From Laetmonice hystrix (taxonomy: Eukaryota): a DNA stretch of 64,000 nucleotides. Positions 1 to 11,915 of this stretch are shown in pieces (the first letter of the stretch is position 1; the number at the start of each line of letters is the position of its first letter). The position numbers and the translations under genes are program-made. The notes beneath the pieces were generated by a model. It searched no databases. It saw only the letters and a program-made list of their open reading frames with translations, and had not been told where the DNA came from. The DNA lies in assembly GCA_965235115.1 (NCBI GenBank), contig OZ249436.1, positions 32,118,001-32,182,000 of the forward strand, read 5' to 3'.

Positions 1-425
1 CAAGATCAAATAATTATCACTAAAGAATCCAGTACATGTACATTTATAATAAAATAATGTCTCTACTACTGGATGTCTTATTGTTGAGATTACTAAGTGG
101 ATAGTACAAGGGGCAGGGCAGTTTGCTGAGAAAAGTGACAACGCTTTTGCCTGATTAGCCACCCTGAGAATGTATTCTATCCCAAATTGCTAATATTTGA
201 ATAAATGTTTCAAAATACTGACAGGATCTATTAACGCTTTAAATTAAAGTCAACTAGCTTACACTGTATGAAACCACAGTATTGATTGTCAATTTGTCTT
301 TAGATTATTGTATTATTGTTTATTATATCATTGCTGATGTATGTTGTATATTTGCAACATATGATGGAATATTAGTTAACAATTTTGTTACAACTAATCA
401 TGAGAGGGGAATATCGATTACGTAC

Positions 426-2745
426 CTTGAAAATCTTAGTAGTTAGATAGAATAATGCAGAGAGGTTCAAACTAAAATGGTAGGTGAAGACATCTTTTTT
501 GGTAATCTTCCTGCCTTCGTTTCTAATACTTAACTATATCTGCATAACATCTTTCTCTACCTATGCACACTCATAATGGGCATGCCATGGAAAAACAAAC
601 CTGGGAATCTGATTATGAGGGTCAACCAATGACTATTAACATACCGAAACAGGGAATATTATATTGGTCTGAGCTACACCACTATTATCAGGAGACACTA
701 CTTAAAAATTGTTCTACAAAAAGGCGATGGTTATCTCACCTCAGTGTCGACCTCTATGGTCTCTGCTGTCTCCATCTGGTTGAAGAGAGGCAGACAATGT
801 TCACGATGATCATGCGTCTAGCGTAGGCATGCATACCAATGGCAACACAGTAGCATGATGATAGCATGACCAATGTTTAACACATAAAGCTAGCAGCCTT
901 GTAGGGATGTTGAGGCTCCGTATGCTGTTTTGTCTGTAAATTATTGCAATGCAGTATCTTATAATTGTGTACAATACAACACTTATGATAGATGAGCACT
1001 CATAAAAAATAGAAGAAAAAAAAAACAAATTAAATATTAAAGTATTCAATTTAAAGATGAGAATAATCATTTGAAAATGAATTATGTACAATGTAGTAGC
1101 TTTTTTCAGATAGAGTAAGTAGCTTTTTTAGATAGACTACTACAGTTAAAATTTGAAAGGGATTTCTTTCACAAAATTATCATTAGAAAACCACAGAAAG
1201 AGCAATCCAATCCTAAGCTCTAAAAAAGAACAATGTTGAGGACGTCTAAAGAGATTTTCTCATTCAGCTTATTAATATTTGAAGTAACAACCGATGAAGG
1301 TCAATTACCTTAGCCAACAAAATTTGCTGGACAATGTTTTTTTTAATAGTTAGATCCTGCTCTAGGTTCATGCATCAGATACTGGAATTTGAGCCAAATT
1401 ACCACTTTTTGCAAATTTTAATTATCATTTTAATAACATACTGTACATCCCACTTCTCAACAACGGGGTCCCTAGGAGCCTTCCAGTGTACAAAAAGTAG
1501 ACCCCGAACTTAGAAAGTTTTGTAGACAACGATTCTTAGGATTTGTGTGTGTGTGTGGGGGGGGGGGGCACTGGGGGGGGGGGGTGTGACTAAAGCCCAA
1601 CACACACACTGTGATTGCTAAGGGTGAAGAAAACCTGATGGGGGTGGAGTGGGGGATTTGAAGGGAAATTGTGATTTTTCATGCAAAAATATGGCGATAT
1701 TTGGCTCTTGGCTCCAATCACTGAAAGGAGAAGCATAATATTCTTTCAATAGGCCAGACATTTATCATGCTTCTAAATCTACCACTACCACGGCCACTAT
1801 ATGCAAGCATCAAAGATATATTCTTCCATAATCCATGCAGTGTTAACACACCTTTGCTTCTTTGATTTCGGCCAATTCAGGATTCCCTGCATCCAGCCTA
1901 TCCCACCGAAGTGACTCTCGATAGGATGTCTTTGCCACTGGCCACTGGACTGCAGCTGGGCCTAAGGCCACAGCCCTGACAAGCAAGCTATTTCCAATCC
2001 CCACAGCGACGGCTGTTTGAGACCCTGTCCCAGAACTGACTGACAACTTATAAGTTATGTATAATGCTGTTTTCACGTTTTCACCTTATCACATTGGAAT
2101 AGTATGTGTATAACGCTGAAGTAGAAGTATGAACAGACAGTCAGTAGGTGACAGAACACCCTACACTGTGAGCCCCAACGTCACTATGAATTCCTAGTAC
2201 AGCTCAGCTGTCATCCCATCAGCTGCAGTCAGACTCAGTTCAGGCGGGGTCAAACTCAGTCATGCATGCAACATTCCAACACTGTCTGTGTCAGTGTCAA
2301 TGGGACGGGCGACTCCAGAGTGCATTCCGTCTTGAAATCCCTGTCACTGTCAACAAAAGACCACGAATCTGGAGCAGATCGGTGACATTTGGAGCAAGCT
2401 GTTGATAAAGCTCACGTTGAAACTACGTATCCTTGCCACCAGTTCCAGCTGACTTGGATCTAACTCCAGACAATGATAGACCGAGTTTCCCGTTTGACAG
2501 ATGCAACAACAAGGCCAAGCCCGAGGGCGAGGCCGAGGGTGTCCCGTACCCCAAACACAGCCATGCTCATAGCTTCCTACGCGTCAGACCAATCTTTCTT
2601 GCAGTTTCCTTCTTTCACATTAGTAACTTACATCAATATTATCTATCGGGCGAGATAGGAAGTACCTATTCACGCAAATTCTGGCAAATTGTTGCGATCT
2701 TGTAGCATCATCTGATCCAAAACACAAAGTCGACAAATTCACGGA
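426..2745 (-). ncRNA. Putative spliced divergent transcript (lncRNA / snoRNA-host-like), head-to-head with RPS2
   Basis: Series of minus-strand donors TAG|GTACTT (2666), AAG|GTGTGT (1852), AAG|GTAATT (1309), GAG|GTGAGA (740), AAG|GTACGT (426) with plausible acceptors at 1381, 775 (ctctcttcaaccag) and 560; joined exons give only a ~41-aa ORF. 5' end approximate. Confidence 0.35.
871..1001 (-). ncRNA. Candidate box H/ACA snoRNA in an intron of the divergent transcript
   Basis: Minus strand: two imperfect hairpins separated by H-box AGACAA (935-930), with ACA (876-874) 3 nt from the predicted end; ~130 nt; ~95 nt upstream of the acceptor at 775. Pocket spacing imperfect. Confidence 0.3.
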
Positions 2746-2786
2746 GGAAGTCTCGTGGTCTCGGCGAGGTCTCGCCTAGAATACTA

Positions 2787-2803
2787 CTTCCGGCCTCTTT
2801 CCA
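2787..2803 (+). promoter_or_regulatory. Ribosomal-protein core promoter: ETS/GABP site (ACTTCCGG) plus TCT/5'TOP initiator (CCTCTTTCC)
   Basis: acttccggcctctttccag immediately precedes a short pyrimidine-rich exon ending in the donor CAC|GTAAGT at 2821/2822; classic RP-gene architecture. Confidence 0.75.
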
Positions 2804-2821
2804 GAACTCTTTCCAAATCAC
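2795..2821 (+). other. RPS2: RPS2 non-coding first exon (5'TOP leader)
   Basis: CTCTTTCC start, consensus donor gtaagt at 2822; splices to acceptor ttacAG at 4581-4582, 3 nt before the ATG. Confidence 0.7.
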
Positions 2822-3760
2822 GTAAGTAGGGTGAAACATGCTCTGAGATCAATCTATCGTTATTTAAACCATCTTGCACTTTTATATAGTACAGAATATG
2901 TGGTGATATAGTTCAAGAATTGGACTTTCCAGTAGGGTAGTTAATTTAATGCATTACTGACTTGTTCGTAGGGGAATACTTGGTAGAAATTGGTGTGAAC
3001 AGCTTACCTTCCTTCTGATGGCGAGACAGGCTGGCGACATAGCATAACGTAAACGTGTGTTGTTTTTCGTTGGGATCGTTCGTCTGTCAGTGTTACTGTT
3101 GTAATATTAGCCGCGTTATCAGCTATGATCGCGCTCGCCTATCGTCGGTGCCTTTAGAAAAATCCACAAACTGGCGACAAATTATGCATGATGAAGGCAG
3201 GACCTGGGCAAGGGCCACTGATGTAGTGATGATGAGAACCTCGAAACTCAAAAACTTAAAGTGTACTGTAGCATCTTTTAGTTACTAAACCGATTAGTAT
3301 TTGGTGTGGCTTGTAGTAGGCCTACAATGGCTACATACATGATCTGTCAATATGGAATGTCTGGCTAAATGATTTTTTCCAGAATCCGCTTGTTCAATTT
3401 TAACTCTTGGGTTGTCTGCCGGTGTCACGGTCTGTTTTCTCTGCGGTCTGAAATCTCCGGGAGGTTTGCTGCAGAGTCGTGTGTATTTGTATCGTTCTCG
3501 GTAAACTCTCCGAAGTATCAGGTCTGGATTGAGTTTCACGTAATAACCCTTTTCTCCTCCGTCAGTTTTGGTCCTAAATTTGCCTTTCCAGGCTGTCGTT
3601 TATTAATGTTTGGAAGAAAACTCCACTGCCCATCAGCTAGCAGACGACCGGAGATGTGACCCCATACTGCGACGCGCGCATGCTGACTTAGTCAGTTTCG
3701 CCCTCTAAACCATGCACCCGGAGATTGCAGACCGGCAGAGAAAACAGACCGCAACATCGG

Positions 3761-4170
3761 CAGGGGTAGATTTTGTGTGTGATTTTTTAGGAGTCAGCAG
3801 GACTCCCAAGTTGCAAACTCTAGGAGTCCGCCAAAAAAAAGTGGGAGTCCGCTATCCTATAGGGAATACAACGTGACTGGATGTAAAAAAAATCACAGAC
3901 GGTGTCATGCCATAATAGTTTGGCACAAACAATCAAGTAATCAAGCCATGATGGGGGAGGGGGGATGAGTGAAACACATCAGTCCTGTGACCCCTGCGGA
4001 GTAGCAGATATTCGGTTCACCGTGACTGGGCAATCGTCGCCTGGTCCTGGGTTAAAACCTGCATCAATCAATCTAGGAGACAGCCGGACTCCTGGTCAGG
4101 TGGCTGCCAGGAGTCCGTCCCAATTTTTGGGAGTCTCGGACTCACGGACTCCCATCGAAATCGACCCCTG
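3761..4170. mobile_element. Non-autonomous TIR element (hAT-like, CA...TG ends) in RPS2 intron 1
   Basis: TIRs caggggtagattt / aaatcgacccctg; 5-bp direct repeat ATCGG at 3756-3760 and 4171-4175; internal repeated ggagtc/gactcc motifs. Confidence 0.7.
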
Positions 4171-4585
4171 ATCGGACAATGCATATGGAACCTTGGTTGT
4201 CCGCAGGAATTTCTGGTTGTCCAGAATTGTACCACAATGCTTGGAACGTCCTCGCGCTCTTCAGTGTGAAATTTGCGACTCCACACTGAAGAGCGCGAGG
4301 ATTATGTCACCTATCATTTAGATTTGCGCTAGCACCAAAGGTGCAAGGTTTTCAGTTGGCAAGGGGTGAGGGCTGTTTGGTTAGCGCCTTGGTATGAATG
4401 AACGAGGGATGGTATAAGGAGTTTTAAATATGTACATACATTTATCAGATGATAAGCCTAATAAAAATTCCTGCTGGGCGTTAACCTTTTTAGTTTTGTG
4501 CTGGGTGTGATCATTGAACTAGACTGCCCTCAGATATATTTCAGTCTGTTTAATATATAGATTCTTTACTGGTAACTTACAGCAA

Positions 4586-4831
4586 ATGGCGGACGCAGCA
4601 CCAGCCGGTGGTAGAGGAGGTGACCGAGGTGGGGACCGTGGGGGTTTCCGAGGTGGATTCGGTGGTCGTGGCAGGGGTCGTGGTCGTGGACGCGGCCGTG
4701 GAAGGGGTCGTGGCCGGGGAGCCAAAGATGGGGACAAAGAATGGATGCCAGTTACAAAACTGGGACGCCTGGTCAAGGATTTGAAAATAAAAACTCTGCA
4801 GGATATCTATCTCTTCTCTCTTCCTATCAAG
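4586..4831 (+). CDS. RPS2: 40S ribosomal protein S2 (uS5), coding exon 1
   Basis: [12 protein letters not shown]...RGRGRG...[14 protein letters not shown]...IYLFSLPIK; donor AAG|gtgagg, phase 0. Confidence 0.98.
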
Positions 4832-5270
4832 GTGAGGTTTTTCATTGATACCATGATATTATTAGCACATTTCTAGCTGTAATATTTAGATACACACCTG
4901 AGATTATCATGCACTGATATGGTGAAATTGTTAACTTCATATACAAGAAAAAAATTGTTATTATTATAAACTGTCAGGTACAGTGTAAATATTTTTCACT
5001 TTTTCAAAACAAAGCAATGTGAAATCATTCATTAAACAGTTTTCACTATCAACACAGAGCACCCCACTTGATGAAGTGGAATATGGTGAAGGGGGGGGGG
5101 GGGTAAACAGGCTGCGACTGGTACAAAAGGGGTGTTTGGTGGGGAAAAGGTTGGGGACCACTGGCTTAGACTGGTAACAATGACAACATGTTGATTTTAC
5201 ATGAATGTGGGACATACTTTAAGGTCGTTTTTAAAATATTGTTTTGTAAGCCATTGTATTTAACAAGTGA

Positions 5271-5438
<168 letters not shown>

Positions 5439-6579
5439 TAAAGGCAGCGCAAAACAGTAGAGCCTATGGACAGGCTTGGTCAAGGCTGCCGGTGTATTAT
5501 TTTGGGATTTTAGTACGACGACAGAAGGGATGCACCAGTCACTCACAGGCCTTTTGGTGTACTATATACTGGGGAGAACACTGAACTGTGAATGGCTTTC
5601 GCCTTGCCCTCCACCTGTAGGACTGAATGACTTTTGGTCTGTAGCTTGGTCCTCGGGTCTATATTGGCTACGTATAGAGCCTTGTGAAGGCTAATCAAAG
5701 AAAGCATTGCGTCTGTTTCGCAGGGGACCAGGCTATATGGCCTGTAGGGAGGATCAGATAGGGGGTTGTCGTTTGGCCTGTAGGGAGGGTCAGATCGGGG
5801 GGGTCCCCCCCCAACTCTGCATATCTTCTGGCACTTATGATAAATGTTACCCAGTAGTAATGTTCTCTTTTGGCAAGGACAAACAAATATTGTGTGAGGA
5901 CAACTACATTTCAATAGATTCTGATTAGTTTTAGTTTAGACTAGTTTTTGAAGCAATTTTTACAGACCTGATTTAGTCACTCCACTATGATGGGCCTGAA
6001 AAGGTGATCTACAAATCGCCATGAAGCAGCGACTGGTAGTGGGAAATCTTTTAAATTGAAAATAAATTGCCAAAATAAGACTACTTGTAGGCCTAGTTAC
6101 CAGCCCTAATACCAAGAAAAATTTGCTGAAAAATTGGTCTGTGGAGCAGCCTGTGGTCCCTGCTTTTTCCCATAGAAATCAGATTTGGCACCCAGCATTT
6201 AGCGGCCAGCAAGGAGTGTTTTAAAACAAAATTTGTTCAAAATGCACCAGGTCAGTCTTGCGCTCCCATTAAGATGTATTAGCCCTGCCTTTAAAGGGAT
6301 TTTGTGTTTTGGAAAAGTTATGGAAATTCTTACAGCCAAAGCTGTGCCAACCCTGCTATAGGCAAAACAACATTTATTCGCACCTCCTTGTCCCTCGCCA
6401 TTGTCCCCCAAATATTGAAAATGTCCCCTAGTTTTGTGATCAGCGGGACATGGGGGGGGGGAAGAGATATTGGGCTAACAACTCCAAAGTGCATCCCAGC
6501 ATGGGGTTCATGATAGATTAATGATTATATATCTAGTTATACACCACCATTGAATTCATATTATTCTTTGTTAAAATAA

Positions 6580-6840
<261 letters not shown>

Positions 6841-6905
6841 TGAGATCCTGTTCTTCCCTTTACTATTTTGACTAAATATTTGAATTCTGTATTTCTTAAA
6901 AAGTG

Positions 6906-6981
6906 GCTGCAGATGATTAAACAGTTTATGGATCAACCACCTGAAAGAATTGACATGTTGAAACATTGATTATGATGCAGT
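6906..6981 (+). ncRNA. Intronic box C/D snoRNA-like RNA, copy 1
   Basis: Terminal stem gctgca/tgcagt; C ATGATTA (6913); guide TGGATCAACCAC; D' CTGA (6941); C' ATGTTGA (6955); D ATGA (6972). Confidence 0.75.
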
Positions 6982-7384
6982 ATCAGTATGGAATATTTGG
7001 TTAAACTTGATCAAGGATCTGACGATGCTTTTGATATCATGAGCAATCCACCTTTTAGGAAGAGCTTCACTGGAAAAATCTGAAAAAGATCATTTTTTCA
7101 AAGTCATGGAAAATAACCCAATATGTTCAGACTGCATTAATTCATAAAGTTCTCTTTGATCTTTCCGGTAACTGCTTTGAGTAAATGTATTTTTTGAAAT
7201 CTAAACATTTTAAGTGGTACCAAGGAACCAGTTTCTTTTTTAAAAAAAAGGGAAATCCATGAGGGAAGAACAGCATTGGTTTCACGTGTGAATCTACATG
7301 TTTGGGCTGCCCCTAATATATATATTGTAATGTGAACAACATTAAGAAGCATTTATTTTGCTCTGTTTGTTTCTTGTAATCATG

Positions 7385-7457
7385 GCTGCAAATGATATAA
7401 GCTATATAATGGATCAACCACCTGAATTACCTGTTGAGGCATTTGTTTTGATGCAGC
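7385..7457 (+). ncRNA. Intronic box C/D snoRNA-like RNA, copy 2
   Basis: Stem gctgca/tgcagc; C ATGATAT (7392); same guide TGGATCAACCAC; D' CTGA (7422); C' CTGTTGA (7431); D TTGA (7448). Confidence 0.65.
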
Positions 7458-7986
7458 ACAATATTTTATAAAATTAAATGTATCCATGCCCATTTTGAAA
7501 AGTTGCATCTCTGTGACACGTCACGTGAAGGTGTGAAACCAAAATTGTTTGTTCTTACTAGGGATACTTCACCAGGGTTCTGGTGAAGCTCAAAGTCACA
7601 CTGGATGCCCATCTTAAAATGGATGAATATAAGGATGTTTAGTAGTTTCGTCATATGATAACTTGGTACAAGCATCATTGTGACAAATTGAGGGACTAGA
7701 ACTAGTAGTTCAAGTGAAAAGCAGTACGTCATTGAATGGAACCACTGACTAAGGGGAGTAGAGAATTCACTAGCCCGACGTATTCAGGCAGGCCTAAACT
7801 AATGACAACCTGAACATTTATCCAGTAGCCCGACTGGAGAATACAGTAGCCCCGGGCGTCGGGTGATAGAAAGTCAACACTACTGACTATATTATCTTTG
7901 GGACTTCACCCTTCTTTAGGATAAAAGTTTCATTCTTCCAGTTTTACGATTTACTCGTTTTGTTAGGAGTAGGTGTCTTCTCATGT

Positions 7987-8059
7987 TGCTACAGATGATT
8001 AAACATTTTCTGGATCAACCACCTGAATCTTATGTTGAAACAGTAGGTATGATGTAGCA
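7987..8059 (+). ncRNA. Intronic box C/D snoRNA-like RNA, copy 3
   Basis: Stem tgctaca/tgtagca (compensatory change relative to copies 1-2); C ATGATTA (7995); same guide; D' CTGA (8023); C' ATGTTGA (8032); D ATGA (8049); ~90 nt upstream of the 3' splice site. Confidence 0.78.
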
Positions 8060-8150
8060 CTGGAAAGGTATGCGTGATCGTATAGAATTTTACTTGACTT
8101 GCGGGTATGTGTAGCAGTATATTTATAATTTACTATCAATTTATCTCTAG

Positions 8151-8310
8151 GTGACGGGCAAGTGTGGCAGCGTTGTGGTACGTCTGATTCCTGCCCCCCG
8201 TGGTACAGGTATTGTCAGTGCTCCAGTACCGAAGAAACTTCTCCAGATGGCTGGTATCGAAGATTGTTACACAAGTGCACGTGGTCAGACTGCTACACTT
8301 GGCAACTTTG
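8151..8310 (+). CDS. RPS2: 40S ribosomal protein S2, coding exon 4
   Basis: ctct[56 protein letters not shown]|gtaagt, phase 1. Confidence 0.98.
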
Positions 8311-8560
8311 GTAAGTCATATTTAAGGGCAAAAAGTAAACGATGAACATACTTAGCTTTTTTCCTTTGATTTCACGGAATTTACCTAGTGATTTATGTGA
8401 ACTATGAATTTATTTGCACCACTTATGGACAATAGCTTGCAGTAGATGTCTGGCGCTATAATGAAAACATTTTTAAATGTGTAGAACTTTCATTCAGTGA
8501 AACACCGTCAGAATAGGCGTTGAACTAGTGTTTATTGTGGGTGAATCCTTGACTTTCCAG

Positions 8561-8727
8561 CCAAAGCCACCTACGCTGCCATTGCGATGACGTACAGCTA
8601 CCTAACCCCAGACCTTTGGAAGGAGACCCCCTTCAGCAAGTCTCCGTACCAGGAGTTCACAGACTACTTGGCCAAGAACCACACGCGGGTCAACACAGCG
8701 CTTGCCGCAGAGGCCAAGACGTTCTAA
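8561..8727 (+). CDS. RPS2: 40S ribosomal protein S2, final coding exon
   Basis: ttcc[57 protein letters not shown]; total CDS 855 nt = 284 aa + stop. Confidence 0.97.
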
Positions 8728-8789
8728 ATGGAACGCAGGCTCACACACGCTACAGTGCTCACAAGCATTGTAATGGTAAAAATGACAAA

Positions 8790-8795
8790 AATAAA
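8790..8795 (+). terminator. Polyadenylation signal of RPS2
   Basis: AATAAA ~60 nt after the stop, followed by T/GT-rich sequence. Confidence 0.75.
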
Positions 8796-11759
8796 AAAGT
8801 CGAAAATCGAAAAACTATGCATTTGGTGTATTTCTTAGGAAGATCGCAAATCTAGATTGGTATGACAATCATCAACTGTATTTGGATGATTTGTACAGAG
8901 TGACCACAGTACAGAGAAAACCTCCCCAAAGACTCCTTCCAGGAAATTGGTAAAAATGACCAAAACACGGAAAAAGTTGCTGGCCAAAAACATAAATTGG
9001 CAAAGGCGGAAGGACATCAAATGGTTCGTTCAAAATGATTGTGATCTTATTCAAGATTTCTGACCACTATAGTGGGGCCATGAAAACGGCATTCCAAAAC
9101 AGAATTTGTGTGATCACCCTGTTTGTAAAACAAAAGGCGCTGAAAGTATGATTAGATCCCAGAAATGTATGGAAAAGGCACGTCACATAAAGCTTACTCC
9201 AGGAAAAATACAAAAGTGTCGCCCAAAACAACCGGAGAGAAACGTGTTTTCGGATAATGTGGTATCCTTGGAGACAGCCTAGTGTCTAAGTTTGCCGTCA
9301 GGTGGTAGTAGTGCATTGATTATCCGGCGGACTCTATGCCCAGTAGACTACCGAAATCTATGTCGGGATGATTAAGGCAAAATGTATAACTGGCCGTAAA
9401 CCTAGGCTGTAATTTCAGCGGGGGGGGGGGGGGGGAGGATCCAGGAATTTAGGAAATGGAGGGGGTCCTTTTCTGTAGCTCCTGCAGTGGTAATTAACGT
9501 CAAAATTTGTCGGTATAACTTTAACAGGTTTTATAAAAGGTCATTTTGACATTTATAGAGCTAATATCTAGCAGAGCAGAAATGTTCTACCGCCCTGCTT
9601 CCGATCGACGCGCATTATCCGGTACCGACTGACGTCGGCGTCCTTACAACGCATGCCGGACGTCACATCCGGGCAGGACCTTCAGTCCGGTCTGTCAACC
9701 GCGGACAACTTGTGGCTGTGTGTGGGTATCAGGGGCAGTGACCGCCGTGTGACCACGCCCACCTGTGCCACCGGACACCTTGCCATCGGACAGAAGGACG
9801 AGCAACGCGACACTGACGGCGCAGGTGACGTCCGTAGCAATGAGTCCCGGCCCCAATATAACAAATGTGTCCGAACAAAAAGTACCACCTGTTGTATCGT
9901 CGGCCGCACTGAATGGCTGCTGCTTCGATGCCGAGGACAGCATAAAAGGCCTTTAGTATATACAGACAGGCGCGGAAACGAACACGTCGAGAACTCATTA
10001 CTCTTCTCTTTTTTGAAAATACAAGGCCAGATGCCAGTAGCTCAAGCTTCTGTCTGAGAGAGAAAGAGAAAGGCGTTGACACGTGGATGGAAAAAAACTC
10101 ATGTATACATGTAGGAATAATTATATAGGCTAGCAGCATTATACCAAATGACACGCAAATATTAATGACTAAACTAGAATTATGTCGATAAGAATTTATG
10201 TTATCGATGTGTTTATTATCAGAATTATGAGACGTATGATAACATTATGATGCATAGAAGTAATTCACCTGGGCCTATTTAATTCCCATTCCAATCGACA
10301 ACATTTCATTATGCCGGTAGGCCGATGCTATTTTCTTCGCACTGTTTCATTTGGTCAAAGTTTGGCAGCCGACTGGAGGGAGGGCGAGACAGAGACAGAG
10401 AGCAAGCAAAAACCAAATCACCCATGAATGTGGCAGGAGCTATAGGTTTACCACTGGCGCGTGGGGACGCATGCATGAGGCGTGCGCGTCTTCTCAAGAT
10501 CCCGCCCCTCACACGCCGAGAAGACAGACAACCCCGCGTCTGCAGGAGTCGACGCGTTCTTAGCGTTACACTTGGGAGCACAAGAAGAATGGTGGAATAT
10601 ATGAGATTGGAGTCTGGCAGGCACAAAGTGTGCTCGCCGCTGGCGGGGTGAAGAGGTGTACAGATGTTCGCGGTGGGGGTCATGACCCTGAGTTGTTGTC
10701 AGCTGCGGGATCCGCGTGCCGACCACGCGACACAGTGCCAAATATACACGACGTACTCAGTGCGCTTCATTGTCCATGACGACCTCAAGATTGTCAAGGT
10801 GTATAGGGGCCTACCCCCATCTTGCTGTATAGTGTGGTCTGGGCAATTTTTTTCTGTGAGGGACCTGGTAACTTAATAATTAAGTATGCTTAAATCAAAT
10901 ATTCTGACCTTAAAAAATGAAGAAAATTTAATAAAGTGTAAGAGAGAATAAATAATAGACTCTAAGAAACCTTAGATCTAACCTAGGCCTACCTTAACCT
11001 GTAAGGTACCTGTATTTCAATTATAACTTTGCATAACATTGAAACTTTCATGTGCAAAACCTTTCAAACAGGTATTTTACACAGGGGGGGGGGGCAACAA
11101 GTTGGGAGGATGCTGTATGTAGGGCCTATACATGTAGGCTACATTGTATCTCATTGGTGAGTTAAATGGTAATCTCACCGATGATTGTATGAAGCCTGAT
11201 TCATGAGATAAACGCATTAGGCCTATATATTGTGTATCCGTTACCATGGAAGCCCAGTAGGCCTATAGACAGAACTTTTTATACCTGCAGGATCTGAATC
11301 ACAATCATGCACGGATATACCCACGCCGGGTGCACGGGCCTCTCTCTTGGCGTGTCCCCGGGAACTTTCTACTGTCACCCTGAACCCCCACATACCACCT
11401 GCCACTGACGGTGGAACTAGGCCACACCTGCCGTTGTCGGCTCTGACCTTTGCCCTCAAAACGTATCGAGCCCCAAAACCCAGAGCGACCGCGTCTCTGT
11501 AGTGCGGGATATACGTGAACGTCGGCGGCGAGAATCAAAGACAATGAGGGGTGCAGATGGCCAAATCCCACGACCAATCAGAAGTGATTGCTTCGCACAG
11601 GTGATGATCGCCTCCGTATATACAGAGCGGTTACACCTACTTAACCTTTGTGAAGTTTTCAGGCGCATTACAGACGTTTATGTAATGATCAGTCTCAGCC
11701 ACATCGAATTCTATCAAATCACTAAGCCCATGATCTACACATCTTAATTTAGGCCTAAA

Positions 11760-11798
11760 AGAGAGACAGACATTTGGAGAGAGAGAGATAGAGAGGGA

Positions 11799-11885
<87 letters not shown>

Positions 11886-11903
11886 CTCAGAGAGAGAGGG
11901 AGA
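11760..11903. repeat. (AG)n microsatellite
   Basis: Long imperfect GA dinucleotide run. Confidence 0.95.
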
Positions 11904-11915
11904 GTTCTTCATGTA

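Noticed and set aside
114..166. SECIS element
   Set aside because: No AUGA core, helix II too short, and no selenoprotein ORF visible.
3700..3720. U17/snR30 m2 motif AAACCAU
   Set aside because: No partner m1 (AUAUUCCUA) and no ACA box in the right position.
9560..11750. CpG-rich region with many short ORFs in all frames
   Set aside because: No recognisable domain or consistent exon chain; may be TE remnant or regulatory DNA.
11637..11912. SLSLSL ORF, and similar low-complexity ORFs at 46805-47165 and 43126-44517
   Set aside because: Translations of micro/minisatellites.
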